From Eledone cirrhosa (Eukaryota): a DNA stretch of 64,000 nt. The stretch lies in assembly GCA_964016885.1 (NCBI GenBank), contig OZ024740.1, forward strand, positions 260,834,001 through 260,898,000, read 5' to 3'. Position 1 is the stretch's first letter. Each line of letters starts with the position of its first letter. A program made the translations under genes and the position numbers. The notes below the pieces were generated by a model. The model did not search any database. It had not been told where the DNA came from and worked only from the letters and a program-made list of their open reading frames with translations. This document shows, piece by piece, positions 1 through 13,900 of this stretch.

Positions 1-1535
1 GAGGTGGTAAGACGAGTGGTAAGGAATGGTAAGAGGTGGTAACGAGTGGTAAGGAATGGTAAGAGGTGGTAAGGAGTGGTAAGGAATGGTAAGAGGTGGT
101 AAGGAGTGGTAAGCAATGGTAAAAGGTGGTAACGAGTGGTAAGGAATGGTAAGAGGTGGTAAGGAGTGGTAATTAATGGTAAGAGGTGGTAAGGAGTGGT
201 AAGGAATGGTAAGAGGTGGTAAGGAGTGGTAAGCAATGGTAAGAAGAGGTAACGAGTGGTAAGCAATGGTAAGAGGTGGTAAGGAGTGGTAAGGAATAGT
301 AAGAGGTGGTAAGGAGTGGTAAGCAATGGTAAGAAGAGGTAACGAGTGGTAAGCAATGGTAAGAGGTGGTAACGAGTGGTAAGGAATGGTAAGAGGTGGT
401 AACGAGTGGTAAGGAATGGTAAGAGGTGGTAAGGAGTGGTAAGCAATGGTAAAAGGTGGTAACGAGTGGTAAGGAATGGTAAGAGGTGGTAACGAGTGGT
501 AAGGAATGGTAAGAGGTGGTAACGAGTGGTAAGGAATGGTAAGAGGTGGTAACGAGTGGTAAGCAATGGTAAAAGGTGGTAACGAGTGGTAAGGAATGGT
601 AAGAGGTGGTAACGAGTGGTAAGGAATGGTAAGAGGTGGTAACGAGTGGTAAGGAATGGTAAGAGGTGGTAAGGAGTGGTAAGCAATGGTAAGAAGAGGT
701 AACGAGTGGTAAGCAATGGTAAGAGGTGGTAAGGAGTGGTAAGGAATAGTAAGAGGTGGTAAGGAGTGGTAAGCAATGGTAAGAAGAGGTAACGAGTGGT
801 AAGCAATGGTAAGAGGTGGTAACGAGTGGTAAGGAATGGTAAGAGGTGGTAACGAGTGGTAAGGAATGGTAAGAGGTGGTAAGGAGTGGTAAGCAATGGT
901 AAGAAGAGGTAACGAGTGGTAAGCAATGGTAAGAGGTGGTAACGAGTGGTAAGGAATGGTAAGAGGTGGTAACGAGTGGTAAGGAATGGTAAGAGGTGGT
1001 AAGGAGTGGTAAGCAATGGTAAGAAGAGGTAACGAGTGGTAAGCAATGGTAAGAGGTGGTAACGAGCGGTAAGGAATGGTAAAGAGGTGGTAACGAGCGG
1101 TAAGGAATGGTAAAGAGGTGGTAACGAGTGGTAAGGAATGGTAAAGAGGTGGTAACGAGTGGTAAGGAATGGTAAGGAATGGTAAGAGGTGGTAACGAGT
1201 GGTAAGGAATGGTAAGAGGTGGTAAAAGGTGGTAAGGAGTGGTAACGAGTGGTAAGGAATGGTAAGAGGTGGTAACGAGTGGTAAGAGGTGGTAACGAGT
1301 GGTAAGAGGTGGTAACGAGTGGTAAGGAATGGTAAATGATGGTAACGAGTGGTAAGGAATGGTAAATGGTGGTAAGGAATGGTAAGAGGTGGTAAGGGGG
1401 GAGTAACGAGTGGTAAGGAATGGTAAGAGGTGGTAAGGAGTGGTAAGGAACGGTACGAGGTGGTAACGGATGGTAAGGGGTGGTAACGAGTGGTAAGGAA
1501 TGGTAAGAGGTGGTAAGAGGTGGTAAGGAATGGTA
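1..1535. repeat. G-rich 10-bp-unit satellite (NNNN-TGGTAA) organised as 30-bp trimers
   Basis: Units GAGGTGGTAA, CGAGTGGTAA/GGAGTGGTAA and GGAATGGTAA/GCAATGGTAA cycle in fixed order. 781-900 and 901-1020 are the same 120-mer. The array degenerates after about 1080 and runs off the left edge. Confidence 0.97.
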
Positions 1536-1799
1536 GGGAGGAGCCTTAGAATCAATTAAGCTGGCAGCACTTCTGAAACATTTTCAATGGAAGAAGTAAA
1601 AAAATAAAGTGTCATCATCGTCGTCTTCATAGTAGTCCTCGTCCTCCTCTTCTCCCTCTCTCCCACCTTCTTCTTCTTCTTCTTCTTCTTCTTCTTGTCA
1701 TCATCATCGTCATCCTCCTCCTTTTCTTCGTCATCCTTCTCCTCCTCTTCTTCCTACCCCTCCTCTCCCGTCCCCCACATCGGCATGTTCGCCCCACCC

Positions 1800-1960
1800 C
1801 ATCATCATCATCGTTCCCATTTAACGTCTATTGGACGGGGTTTTAGGTTCTATTGGTAGACCGGTCAGGTGACTGTCCCGCGTCTACGTTCTGTTGGTAC
1901 TTGGTTTCGACGGTTGGATGCCTTTCCCTAACGCCAACCACATTACAGCATATACTAGCA
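1800..1960 (-). mobile_element. SINE 3' remnant with (GAT)n tail, abutting the 48-bp satellite
   Basis: Minus strand reads GGTTGGCGTTAGGGAAAGGCATCCAACCGTCGAAACC...GACGTTAAATGGGAACGATGATGATGAT, resembling my recollection of octopus SINE 3' ends. It grades directly into a degenerate first satellite monomer. Confidence 0.55.
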
Positions 1961-4900
1961 GAATGTTATCGTGGCACCAGCACTACCACTTTACAGAGTG
2001 TACTGGGTATATTTTATCGTGGCACCAGCACTGACATCTTACAGAGTATACAGGGTATATTTTATCGTGGGTCCAGCACTACCACTTTACAGAGTGGAGC
2101 TGGGTATATTTTATCGTGGCACCAACAGCACTACTACTTTACAGAGTGTACTGGGTATATTTTATGTGGGACCTGCACTACCACTTTACAGTGTGTTGGG
2201 GGTATATTGTATCGTAGCACCAGCACTACCACTTTACAGAGTGTACTGGGTATATTTAATCGTGGCCCCTGCACTAACACTTTACAGTGTGTTGGGGGTA
2301 TATTTTATCGTGGGACCAGCACTACCACTTTACAGAGTGTACTGGGTATCTTTTATCGTGGCACCAGCACTACCACTTTACAGAGTGTACTGGGTATATT
2401 TTATCGTGGCACCAGATCTACCACTTTACAGAGTGTACTGGGTATATTTTATCGTGGGACCAACACTACCACTTTACAGAGTGTACTGGGTATATTTTAT
2501 CGTGGCACCAGAACTACCACTTTACAGAGTGTACTGGGTATATTTTATCGTGGAACCAACACTACCACTTTACAGAGTGTACTGGGTATATTTTATCGTG
2601 GCACCAGAACTACCACTTTACAGAGTGTACTGGGTATATTTTATCGTGGCACCAACACTACCACTTTACAGAGTGTACTGGGTATATTTTATCGTGGCAC
2701 CAGAACTACCACTTTACAGAGTGTACTGGGTATATTTTATCGTGGCACCAACACTACCACTTTACAGAGTGTACTGGGTATATTTTATCGTGGCACCAGA
2801 ACTACCACTTTACAGAGTGTACTGGGTATATTTTATCGTGGCACCAACACTACCACTTTACAGAATGTACTGGGTATATTTTATCGTGGCACCAGAACTA
2901 CCACTTTACAGAGTGTACTGGGTATATTTTATCGTGGCACCAACACTACCACTTTACAGAGTGAACTGGGTATATTTTATCGTGGCACCAGAACTATCAC
3001 TTTACAGAGTGTACTGGGTATATTTTATCGTGGCACCAGCACTACCACTTTACAGAGTGTACTGGGTATATTTTATCGTGGCACCAGCACTACCACTTTA
3101 CAGAGTGTACTGGTTATATTTTATCGTGGCACCAGCACTACCACTTTACAGAGTGGTGCTGGGTGTATTTTATCGTGGCACCACCAGCACTACTACTTTA
3201 CAGAGTGTACTGGGTATATTTTATGTGGGACCTGCACTACCACTTTACAGAGTGGTACTGGGTATATTTTATCGTGGCACCAGAACTACCACTTTACAGA
3301 GTGTACTGGGTATATTTTATCGTGGCACCAGGACTACCACTTTACAGAGTGGTACTGGGTATATTTTATCGTGGCACCTGCACTACCACTTTACAGAGTG
3401 TACTGGGTACATTTTATCGTGGCACCACCACTTCGACTTTACAGAGTGTACTGGGTATATTTTATCGTGGCACCAGCACTACCACTTTAGAAAGTGGTGC
3501 TGGATATATTTTTTATCATGGCACCAGCATTACCACTTTACAGAATGTACTGGGTATATTTTATCGTGGGACCAGCACTCCCCCTTTATAGAGTGTACTG
3601 GGTATATTTTATCGTGACACCAACACTACCACTTTATAGAGTGTACTGGGTATATTTTATCGTGGCACCAGCACTACCCCTTTATAGAGTGGTGTTGGGT
3701 ATATTTTATCGTGGCACCAACACTACCCCTTTACAGAGTGTACTGGGTATATTTTATCGTGGCACCAACACTACCACTTTACAGAGTGTACTGGGTATAT
3801 TTTATCGTGGCACCAGCACTACCACTTTACAAAGTGTACTGGGTATATTTTATCGTGGCACCAGCACTACCCCTTTACAAAGTGTACTGGGTTTATTTTA
3901 TCGTGGGACCAGCACTACCCCTTTATAGAGTGGTGTTGGGTATATTTTATTGTGGCACCAACACTACCACTTTACAGAGTGGTGCTGGGTATATTTTATC
4001 GTGGCACCAGCACTACCACTTTACAGAGTGTACTGGGTATATTTTATCGTGGCACCAACACTACCACTTTAGAGAGTGGTGTTGGGTATATTTTATCGTG
4101 GCACCAGCACTACCACTTTACAGAGTGTACTGGGTATATTTTATCGTGGCACGAGCACTACCACTTTAGAGAGTGGTGTTGGGTATATATTATCGTGGCA
4201 CCAGCACTACCACTTTACAGAGTGTACTGGGTATATTTTATCGTGGCACCACCACTACCACTTTAAAGAGTGGTGCTGGGTATATTTTATCGTGGCACCA
4301 GCACTACCAATTTACAGAGTGTACTGGGTACATTTTATCGTGGCACCACCACTACGACTTTACAGAGTGCACTGGGTATATTTTATCGTGTCACCAGCAC
4401 TACCACTCTAGAGAGTGGTGTGGGGTATATATGATCGTGGCACCAACACTACCACTTTACAGATCGTACTGGGTATATTTTATGGTGGCACCAGCACTAC
4501 CACTTTACAGAGTGGTGGGGGTATATTTTATCGTGGCACCAGCACTACCACTTTACAGAGTGTACTCGGTATATTTTATCGTGGCACCAGCACTACCACT
4601 TTACAGAGTGTACTGGGTATATTTTTTGTGGCACCAGCACTACCACTTTACAGAGTGTACTGGGTATATTTTATCGTGGCACCAGCACTACCACTTTACA
4701 GAGTGTACTGGGTACATTTTATCGTGGCACCAGCACTACTACTTTACAGAGTGGTGCTGGGTATATTTTATCGTGTCACCAGCACTACCACTTTATAGAG
4801 TGTACTGGGTATATTTTATCGTGGCACCAGCACTACCACTTTACAGAGTGGTGCTGGGTATATTTTATCGTGGCACCAGAACTACCACTTTACAGAGTGT

Positions 4901-7900
4901 ACTCAGTATATTTTATCGTGGCACCAGCACTACCACTTTACAGAGTGTACTGGGTATATTTTATCGTGGCACCAGCACTACCACTTTACAGAGTGTACTG
5001 GTTATATTTTCTCGTGACACCAGCACTACCACTTTACAGAGTGTACTGGGTATATTTTATCGTGGCACCAGCACTACGACTTTACAGAGTGTACTGGGTA
5101 TATTTTATCGTGGCACCAGCACTACCACTTTACAAAGTGGTACTGGGTATATTTTATCGTGGCACCAGCACTACCACTTTACAGAGTGTACTGGGTATAT
5201 TTTATCGTGGCACCAGCACTAACCTTTTACAAAGTGGTGCTGGGTCTATTTTATCGTGGCACCAGCACTACCACTTTACAGAGTGGTGCTGGGTATATTT
5301 TATCTTGGCACCACCAGCACTACTACTTTACAGAATGTACTGGGTATATTTTATGTGGGACCTGCACTACCACTTTACAGAGTGGTACTGGGTATATTTT
5401 ATCGTGGCACCAGAACTACCACTTTACAGAGTGTACTGGGTATATTTTATCGTGGCACCAGAACAACCACTTTACAGAGTGGTACTAGGTATATTTTATC
5501 GTGGCACCTGCACTACCACTTTACAGAGTGTACTGGGTACATTTTATCGTGGCACCACCACTTCGACTTTACAGAGTGTACTGGGTATATTTTATCGTGG
5601 CACCAGCACTACCACTTTAGAAAGTGGTGCTGGATATATTTTTTGTCATGGCAAAAGCACTACCACTTTACAGAATGTACTGGGTATATTTTATCGTGGC
5701 AACCAGCACTCCCCCTTTATAGAGTGTACTGGGTATATTTTATCGTGGCACCAACACTACCACTTTACAGAGTGTACTGGGTATATTTTATCGTGGCACC
5801 AGCACTACACCTTTACAAAGTGTACTGGGTTTATTTTATCGTGGGACCAGCACTACCCCTTTATAGAGTGGTGTTGGGTATATTTTATCGTGGCACCAAC
5901 ACTACCACTTTACAGAGTGGTGATGGGTATATTTTATCGTGGCACCAGCACTACCACTTTACAGAGTGTACTGGGTATATTTTATCGTGGCACCAACACT
6001 ACCACTTTAGAGAGTGGTGTTGGGTATATTTTATCGTGGCACAAGCACTACCACTTTACAGAGTGTACTGTGTATATTTTATCATGGCACCACCACTACC
6101 ACTTTAAAGAGTGGTGCTGGGTATATTTTATCGTGGCACCAGCACCACCAATTTACAGAGTGTACTGGGTACATTTTATCGTGGCACCACCACTACGACT
6201 TTACAGAGTGCACTGGGTATATTTTATAGTGTCACCAGCACTACCACTCTAGAGAGTGGTGTTGGGTATATATGATCGTGGCACCAACACTACCACTTTA
6301 CAGATTGTACTGGGTATATTTTATGGTGGCACCAGCACTACCACTTTACAGAGTGGTGGGGGTATATTTTATCGTGGCACCAGCACTACCACTTTACAGA
6401 GTGTACTGGGTATATTTTATCGCGGGACGAGCACTACCACTTTACAGAGTGTACTGGGTATATTTTATCGTGGGACCAGCACTACCACTTTACAGAGTGT
6501 ACTCGGTATATTTTATCGTGGCACCAGCACTACCACTTTACAGAGTGTACTGGGTATATTTTATCGTGGCACCAGCACTACCACTTTACAGAGTGGTGGG
6601 GGTATATTTTATCGTGGCACCAGCACTACTACTTTACAGAGTGTACTGCGTATATATTATCGTGGTACCAGCACTACCCCTTTAGAGAGTGGTGCTGGGT
6701 ATATGTTATCGTAGCACCAGCACTACCACTTTACAGAGTGTACTCGGTATATTTTATCGTGGCACCAACACTACCACTTTACAGAGTGTACTGGGTATAT
6801 TTTATGGTGGCACCAGCACTACCACTTTACAGAGTGGTGGGGGTATATTTTATCGTGGCACCAGCACTACTACTTTACAGAGTGTACTGCGTATATATTA
6901 TCGTGGCACCAGCACTACCCCTTTAGAGAGTGGTGCTGGGTATATTTTATCGTGGCACCAGCACTACCACTTTACAGAGTGTACTGGGTATATTTTATCG
7001 TGGCACCAGCACTACCACTTTACAGAGTGTACTGGGTATATTTTATCGTGGCACCAGCACTACCACTTTACAGAGTGTACTGGTTATATTTTATCGTGGC
7101 ACCAGCACTACCACTTTATAGAGTGTACTGGGTATATTTTATCGTGGCACCAGCACTACGACTTTACAGAGTGTACTGGGTATATTTTATCGTGGCACCA
7201 GCACTACCACTTTACAAAGTGGTACTGGGTATATTTTATCGTGGCACCACCAGCACTACTACTTTACAGAGTGTACTGGGTATATTTTATGTGGGACCTG
7301 CACTACCACTTTACAGAGTGGTACTGGGTATATTTTATCGTGGCACCAGAACTACCACTTTACAGAGTGTACTGGGTATATTTTATCGTGGCACCAGAAC
7401 TATCACTTTACAGAGTGTACTGGGTATATTTTATCGTGGCACCAGCACTACCACTTTAGAAAGTGGTGCTGGATATATTTTTTTTCATGGCACCAGGACT
7501 ACCACTTTACAGAATGTACTGGGTATATTTTATCGTGGGATCAGCACTCCCCCTTTATAGAGTGTACTGGGTATATTTTATCGTGGCACCAACACTACCA
7601 CTTTATAGAGTGTACTGGGTATATTTTATCGTGGCACCAGCACTACCCCTTTATAGAGAGGTGTTGGGTATATTTTATCGTGGCACCAACACTACCACTT
7701 TACAGAGTGTACTGGGTATATTTTATGGTGGCACCAGCACTACCACTTTGCAAAGTGTACTGGGTATATGTTATCGTGGCACCAGCACTACTCCTTTACA
7801 AAGTGTACTGGGTTTATTTTAACGTGGGACCAGCACTACCCCTTTATAGAGTGGTGTTGGGTATATTTTATCGTGGCACCAACACTACCACTTTACAGAG

Positions 7901-10900
7901 TGGTGCTGGGTATATTTTATCGTGGCACCAGCACTACCACTTTACAGAGTCTACTGGGTATATTTTATCGTGGCACCAACACTACCACTTTCGAGAGTGG
8001 TGTTGGGTATATATTATCGTGGCACCAGCACTACCACTTTACAGAGTGTACTGGGTATATTTTATCGTGGCACCACCACTACCACTTTAAAGAGTGGTGC
8101 TGGGTATATTTTATCGTGGTGCCAGCACTACCAATTTACAGAGTGTACTGGGTACATTTTATCGTGGCACCACCACTACGACTTTACAGAGTGCACTGGG
8201 TATATTTTATCGTGTCACCAGTACTTCCACTCTAGAGAGTGGTGTTGGGTATATATGATCGTGGCACCAACACTACCACTTTACAGATTGTACTGGGTAT
8301 ATTTTATGGTGGCACCAGCACTACCACTTTACAGAGTGCACCGGGTATTTTTTATCGCGGGACGAGCACTACCACTTTACAGAGTGTACTGGGTATATTT
8401 TATCGTGGGACCAGCACTACCACTTTACAGAGTGTACTCGGTATATTTTATCGTGGCACCAGCACTACCACTTTACAGAGTGTACTGGGTATATTTTATC
8501 GTGGCACCAGCACTACCACTTTACAGAGTGTACTGGGTATATTTTATCGTGGCACCAGCACTACCACTTTACAGAGTGTACTGGGTATATTTTATCGTGG
8601 CACCAGAACTACCACTTTACAGAGTGTACTGGGTATATTTTATCGGGCACCAGCATTACCACTTTACAGAGTGTACTGGTTATATTTTATCGTGGCACCA
8701 GCACTACCACTTTACAGAGTGTACTGGGTATATTTTATCGTGGCACCAGCACTACGACTTTACAGAGTGTACTGGGTATATTTGTTCGTGGCACCAGCAC
8801 TACCACTTTACAGAGTGTACTGGTTATATTTTATCGTGGCACCAGCACTACCACTTTACAAAATGGTACTGGGTATATTTTATCGTGGCACCAGCACTAC
8901 CACTTTACAGAGTGTACTGGGTATATTTTATCGTGGCACCAGCACTAACCTTTTACAAAGTGGTGCTGGGTATATTTTATCGTGGCACCAGCACTACCAC
9001 TTTACAGTGTGGTGCTGGGTATATTTTATCGTGGCACCACCAGCACTACTACTTTACAGAGTGTACTGGGTATATTTTATGTGGGACCTGCACTACCACT
9101 TTACAGAGTGGTACTGGGTATATTTTATCGTGGCACCAGAACTACCACTTTACAGAGTGTACTGGGTATATATGATCGTGGCACCAGAACTACCACTTTA
9201 CAGAGTGGTACTGGGTATATTTTATCGTGGCACCTGCACTACCACTTTACAGAGTGTACTGGGTACATTTTATCGTGGCACCACCACTTCGACTTTACAG
9301 AGTGTACTGGGTATATTTTATCGTGGCACCAGCACTACCACTTTAGAAAGTGGTGCTGGATATATTTTTTATCATGGCACCAGCACTACCACTTTACAGA
9401 ATGTACTGGGTATATTTTATCGTGGGACCAGCACACCCTCTTTATAGAGTGTACTGGGTATATTTTATCGTGGCACCAACACTACCACTTTATAGAGTGT
9501 ACTGGGTATATTTTATCGTGGCACCAGCACTACCCCTTTATAGAGTGGTGTTGGGTATATTTTATCGTGACACCAACACTACCACTTTACAGAGTGTACT
9601 GGGTATATTTTATCGTGGCACCAGCACTACCACTTTACAAAGTGTACTGGGTATATTTTATCGTGGCACCAGCACTACCCCTTTACAAAGTGTACTGGGT
9701 ATATTTTATCGTGGGACCAGCACTACCCCTTTATAGAGTGGTGTTGGGTATATTTTATCGTGGCACCAACACTACCACTTTACAGAGTGTACTGGGTATA
9801 TTTTATCGTGGCACCAACACTACCACTTTAGAGAGTGGTGTTGGGTATATTTTATCGTGGCACCAGCACTACCACTTTACAGAGTGTACTGGGTATATTT
9901 TATCGTGGCACCACCACTACCACTTTAAAGAGTGGTGCTGGGTATATTTTATCGTGGCACCAGCAGTACCAATTTACAGAGTGTACTGGGTACATTTTAT
10001 CGTGGCACCACCACTACGACTTTACAGAGTGCACTGGGTATATTTTATCATGTCACCAGCACTACCACTCTAGAGAGTGGTGTTGGGTATATATGATCGT
10101 GGCACCAACTCTACCACTTTACAGATTGTACTGGGTATATTTTATGGTGGCACCAGCACTACCACTTTACATAGTGGTGGGGGTATATTTTATCGTGGCA
10201 CCAGCACTACCACTTTACAGAGTGTACTGGGTATATTTTATCGCGGGACGAGCACTACCACTTTACAGAGTGTACTGGGTATATTTTATCGTGGGACCAG
10301 CACTACCACTTTACAGAGTGTACTCGGTATATTTTATCGTGGCACCAGCACTACCACTTTACAGAGTGTACTGGGTATATTTTATCGTGGCACCAGCACT
10401 ACCACTTTACAGAGTGTACTGGGTATATTTTATCGTGGCACCAGCACTACCACTTTACAGAGTGTACTGGGTACATTTTATCGTGGCACCAGCACTACTA
10501 CTTTACATAGTGGTGCTGGGTATATTTTATCGTGTCACCAGCACTACCACTTTACAGAGTGTACTGGGTATATTTTATCGTGGCACCAGCACTACCACTT
10601 TACAGAGTGGTGCTGGGTATATTTTGCGTAGCACCAGCACTACCACTTTACAGACTGTACTCGGTATATTTTATCGTGGCACCAACACTACCACTTTACA
10701 GAGTGTACTGGGTATATTTTATCGTGGCACCAGCACTACCACTTTACAGAGTGGTGGGGGTATATTTTATCGTGGCACCAGCACTACTACTTTACAGCGT
10801 GTACTGCGTATATATTATCGTGGCACCAGCACTACCCCTTTAGAGAGTGGTGCTGGGTATATTTTATCGTGGCACCAGCACTACCACTTTACAGAGTGTA

Positions 10901-13900
10901 CTGGGTATCTTTTATCGCGGCACCTGCACTACCACTTTACAGAGTGGTGCTGGGTATATTTTATCGTGGAACCAGCACTACCCCTTTACAGAGTGTACTG
11001 GGTATATTTTATCGTGGCACAACCACTACGACTTTACAGAGTGTACTGGGTATATTTTATCGTGGCACCAGCACTACCACTTTACAAAGTGGTGCTGGGT
11101 ATATTTTATCGTGGCACCAGCACTACCACTTTACAGAGTGTACTGGGTATATTTTATCGTGGCACCAGCACTACCACTTTACAGAGTGTACTGGGTATAT
11201 TTTATCGTGGCCCCAGCACTACCACTTTACAGAGTGTACTGGGTATATTTTATCGTGGCACCAGCACTACCACTTTACAGAGTGTACCGGGTATATTTTA
11301 TCGTGGCACCAGCACTACCACTTTACAGAGTGTACTGGGTATATTATATCGTGGGACCAGCACTAACACTTTACAGAGCGGTGCTGGGTATATTTTATCG
11401 TGGCACCAGTACTACTACTTTACAGAGTGTACTGGGTATATTTTATCGTGGTACCAGCACTACCACTTTACAGAGTGGTGCTGTGTATATTTTATCGTAG
11501 CACCAGCACTACCACTTTACAGAGTGTACTCGGTATATTTTATCGTGGCACCAACACTACCACTTTACAGAGTGTACTGGGTATATTTTATGGTGGCACC
11601 AGCACTACCACTTTACAGAGTGTACTCGGTATATTTTATCGTGGCACCAGCACTACTACTTTACAGAGTGTACTGCGTATATATTATCGTGGCACCAGCA
11701 CTACCCCTTTAGAGAGTGGTGTTGGGTATATTTTATCGTGGCACCAGCACTACCACTTTACAGAGTGTACTGGGTATATTTTATCGTGGCACCAGCACTG
11801 CCACTTTACAGAGTGTACTGGGTATATTTTATCGTGGCACCAGCACTACCACTTTACAGAGTGTACTGGGTATATTTTATCGTGGCACCAGCACTACCAC
11901 TTTACAGAGTGGTACTGGGTATATTTTGTCGTGGCACCAGCACTACCACTTGAGAGAGTTGTGCTGGGTATATTTTATCGTGGCACCAGCACTGCCACTT
12001 TACAGAGTGTACTGGGTATCTTTTATCGCGGCACCTGCACTACCACTTTACAGAGTGGTGCTGGGTATATTTTATCGTGGAACCAGCACTACCCCTTTAC
12101 AGAGTGTACTGGGAATATTTTATCGTGAAACCAGCACTACCCCTTTACAGAGTGTACTGGGTATATTTTATCGTGGCACCAGCACTACTACTTTACAGAG
12201 TGTACTGGGTATATTTTATCGTGGCACCAGCACTACCACTTTACAGAGTGGTGCTGGGTATATTTTATCGTAGCACCAGCACTACCACTTTACAGAGTGT
12301 ACTCGGTATATTTTATCGTGACCCCAGCACTACCGCTTTACAGAGTGTACTGGGTATATTTTATCGTGGCACCAGCACTACCACTTTACAGAGTGTACCG
12401 GGTATATTTTATCGTGGCACCAGCACTACCACTTTACAGAGTGTACTGGGTATATTTTATCGTGGCACCAGCACTACCACTTTACAGAGTGTACTGGGTA
12501 TATTTTATCGTGGCACCAGCACTACCACTTTACAAAGTGGTGCTGGGTATATTTTATCGTGGCACCAGCACTACCACTTTAAAGAGTGTACTGGGTATAT
12601 TTTATCGTGGCACCAGCACTACCACTTTACAGAGTGTACTGGGTATATTTTATCGTGGCCCCAGCACTGCCACTTTACAGAGTGTACTGGGTATATTTTA
12701 TCGTGGCACCAGCACTACCACTTTACAGAGTGTACCGGGTATATTTTATCGTGGCACCAGCACTACCACTTTACAGAGTGTACTGGGTATATTTTATCGT
12801 GGCACCAGCACTACCACTTTACAGAGTGTACTCGGTATATTTTATTGTGACACCAGCACTACTACTTTACAGAGTGTACTGCGTATATTTTATCGTGGAA
12901 CCAGAACTACCACTTTACAGAGTGTACTGGGTATCTTTTATCGTGGCACCAATACTACCACTTAACAGAGTGGTGTTGGGCATATTTTATCGTGGCACCA
13001 GCTCTACCACCTTACAGAGTGTACTGGGTATATTTTATCGTGGCTCCAGCACTACCACTTTACAGAGTGTACTGGGTATATTTTATCGTGGCCCCAGCAC
13101 TACCACTTTACAGAGTGTACTGGGTATATTTTATCGTGGCACCAGCACTACCACTTTACAGAGTGTACCGGGTATATTTTATCGTGGCACCAGCACTACC
13201 ACTTTACAGAGTGTACTGGGTATATTATATCGTGGGACCAGCACTAACACTTTACAGAGCGGTGCTGGGTATATTTTATCGTGGCACCAGTACTACTACT
13301 TTACAGAGTGTACTGGGTATATTTTATCGTGGTACCAGCACTACCACTTTACAGAGTGGTGCTGGGTATATTTTATCGTAGCACCAGCACTACCACTTTA
13401 CAGAGTGTACTCGGTATATTTTATCGTGGCACCAACACTACCACTTTACAGAATGTACTGGGTATATTTTATGGTGGCCCCAGCACTACCACTTTACAGA
13501 GTGGTGGGGGTATATTTTATCGTGGCACCAGCACTACTACTTTACAGAGTGTACTGCGTATATATTATCGTGGCACCAGCACTACCCCTTTAGAGAGTGG
13601 TGCTGGGTATATTTTATCGTGGAACCAGCACTACCCCTTTACAGAGTGTACTGGGTATATTTTATCGTGGCACAACGACTACGACTTTACAGAGTGTACT
13701 GGGTATATTTTATCGTAAAACCAGCACTACCCCTTTACAGAGTGTACTGGGTATATTTTATCGTGGCACCAGCACTACCACTTTACAGAGTGTACTCGGT
13801 ATATTTTATCGTGACCCCAGCACTACCGCTTTACAGAGTGTACTGGGTATATTTTATCGTGGCACCAGCACTACCACTTTACAGAGTGTACCGGGTATAT

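Noticed and set aside
1-1535. Chromosome-end telomere
   Set aside because: It is not TTAGGG-like, and a left chromosome end would show the C-rich strand on plus, whereas this strand is G-rich.
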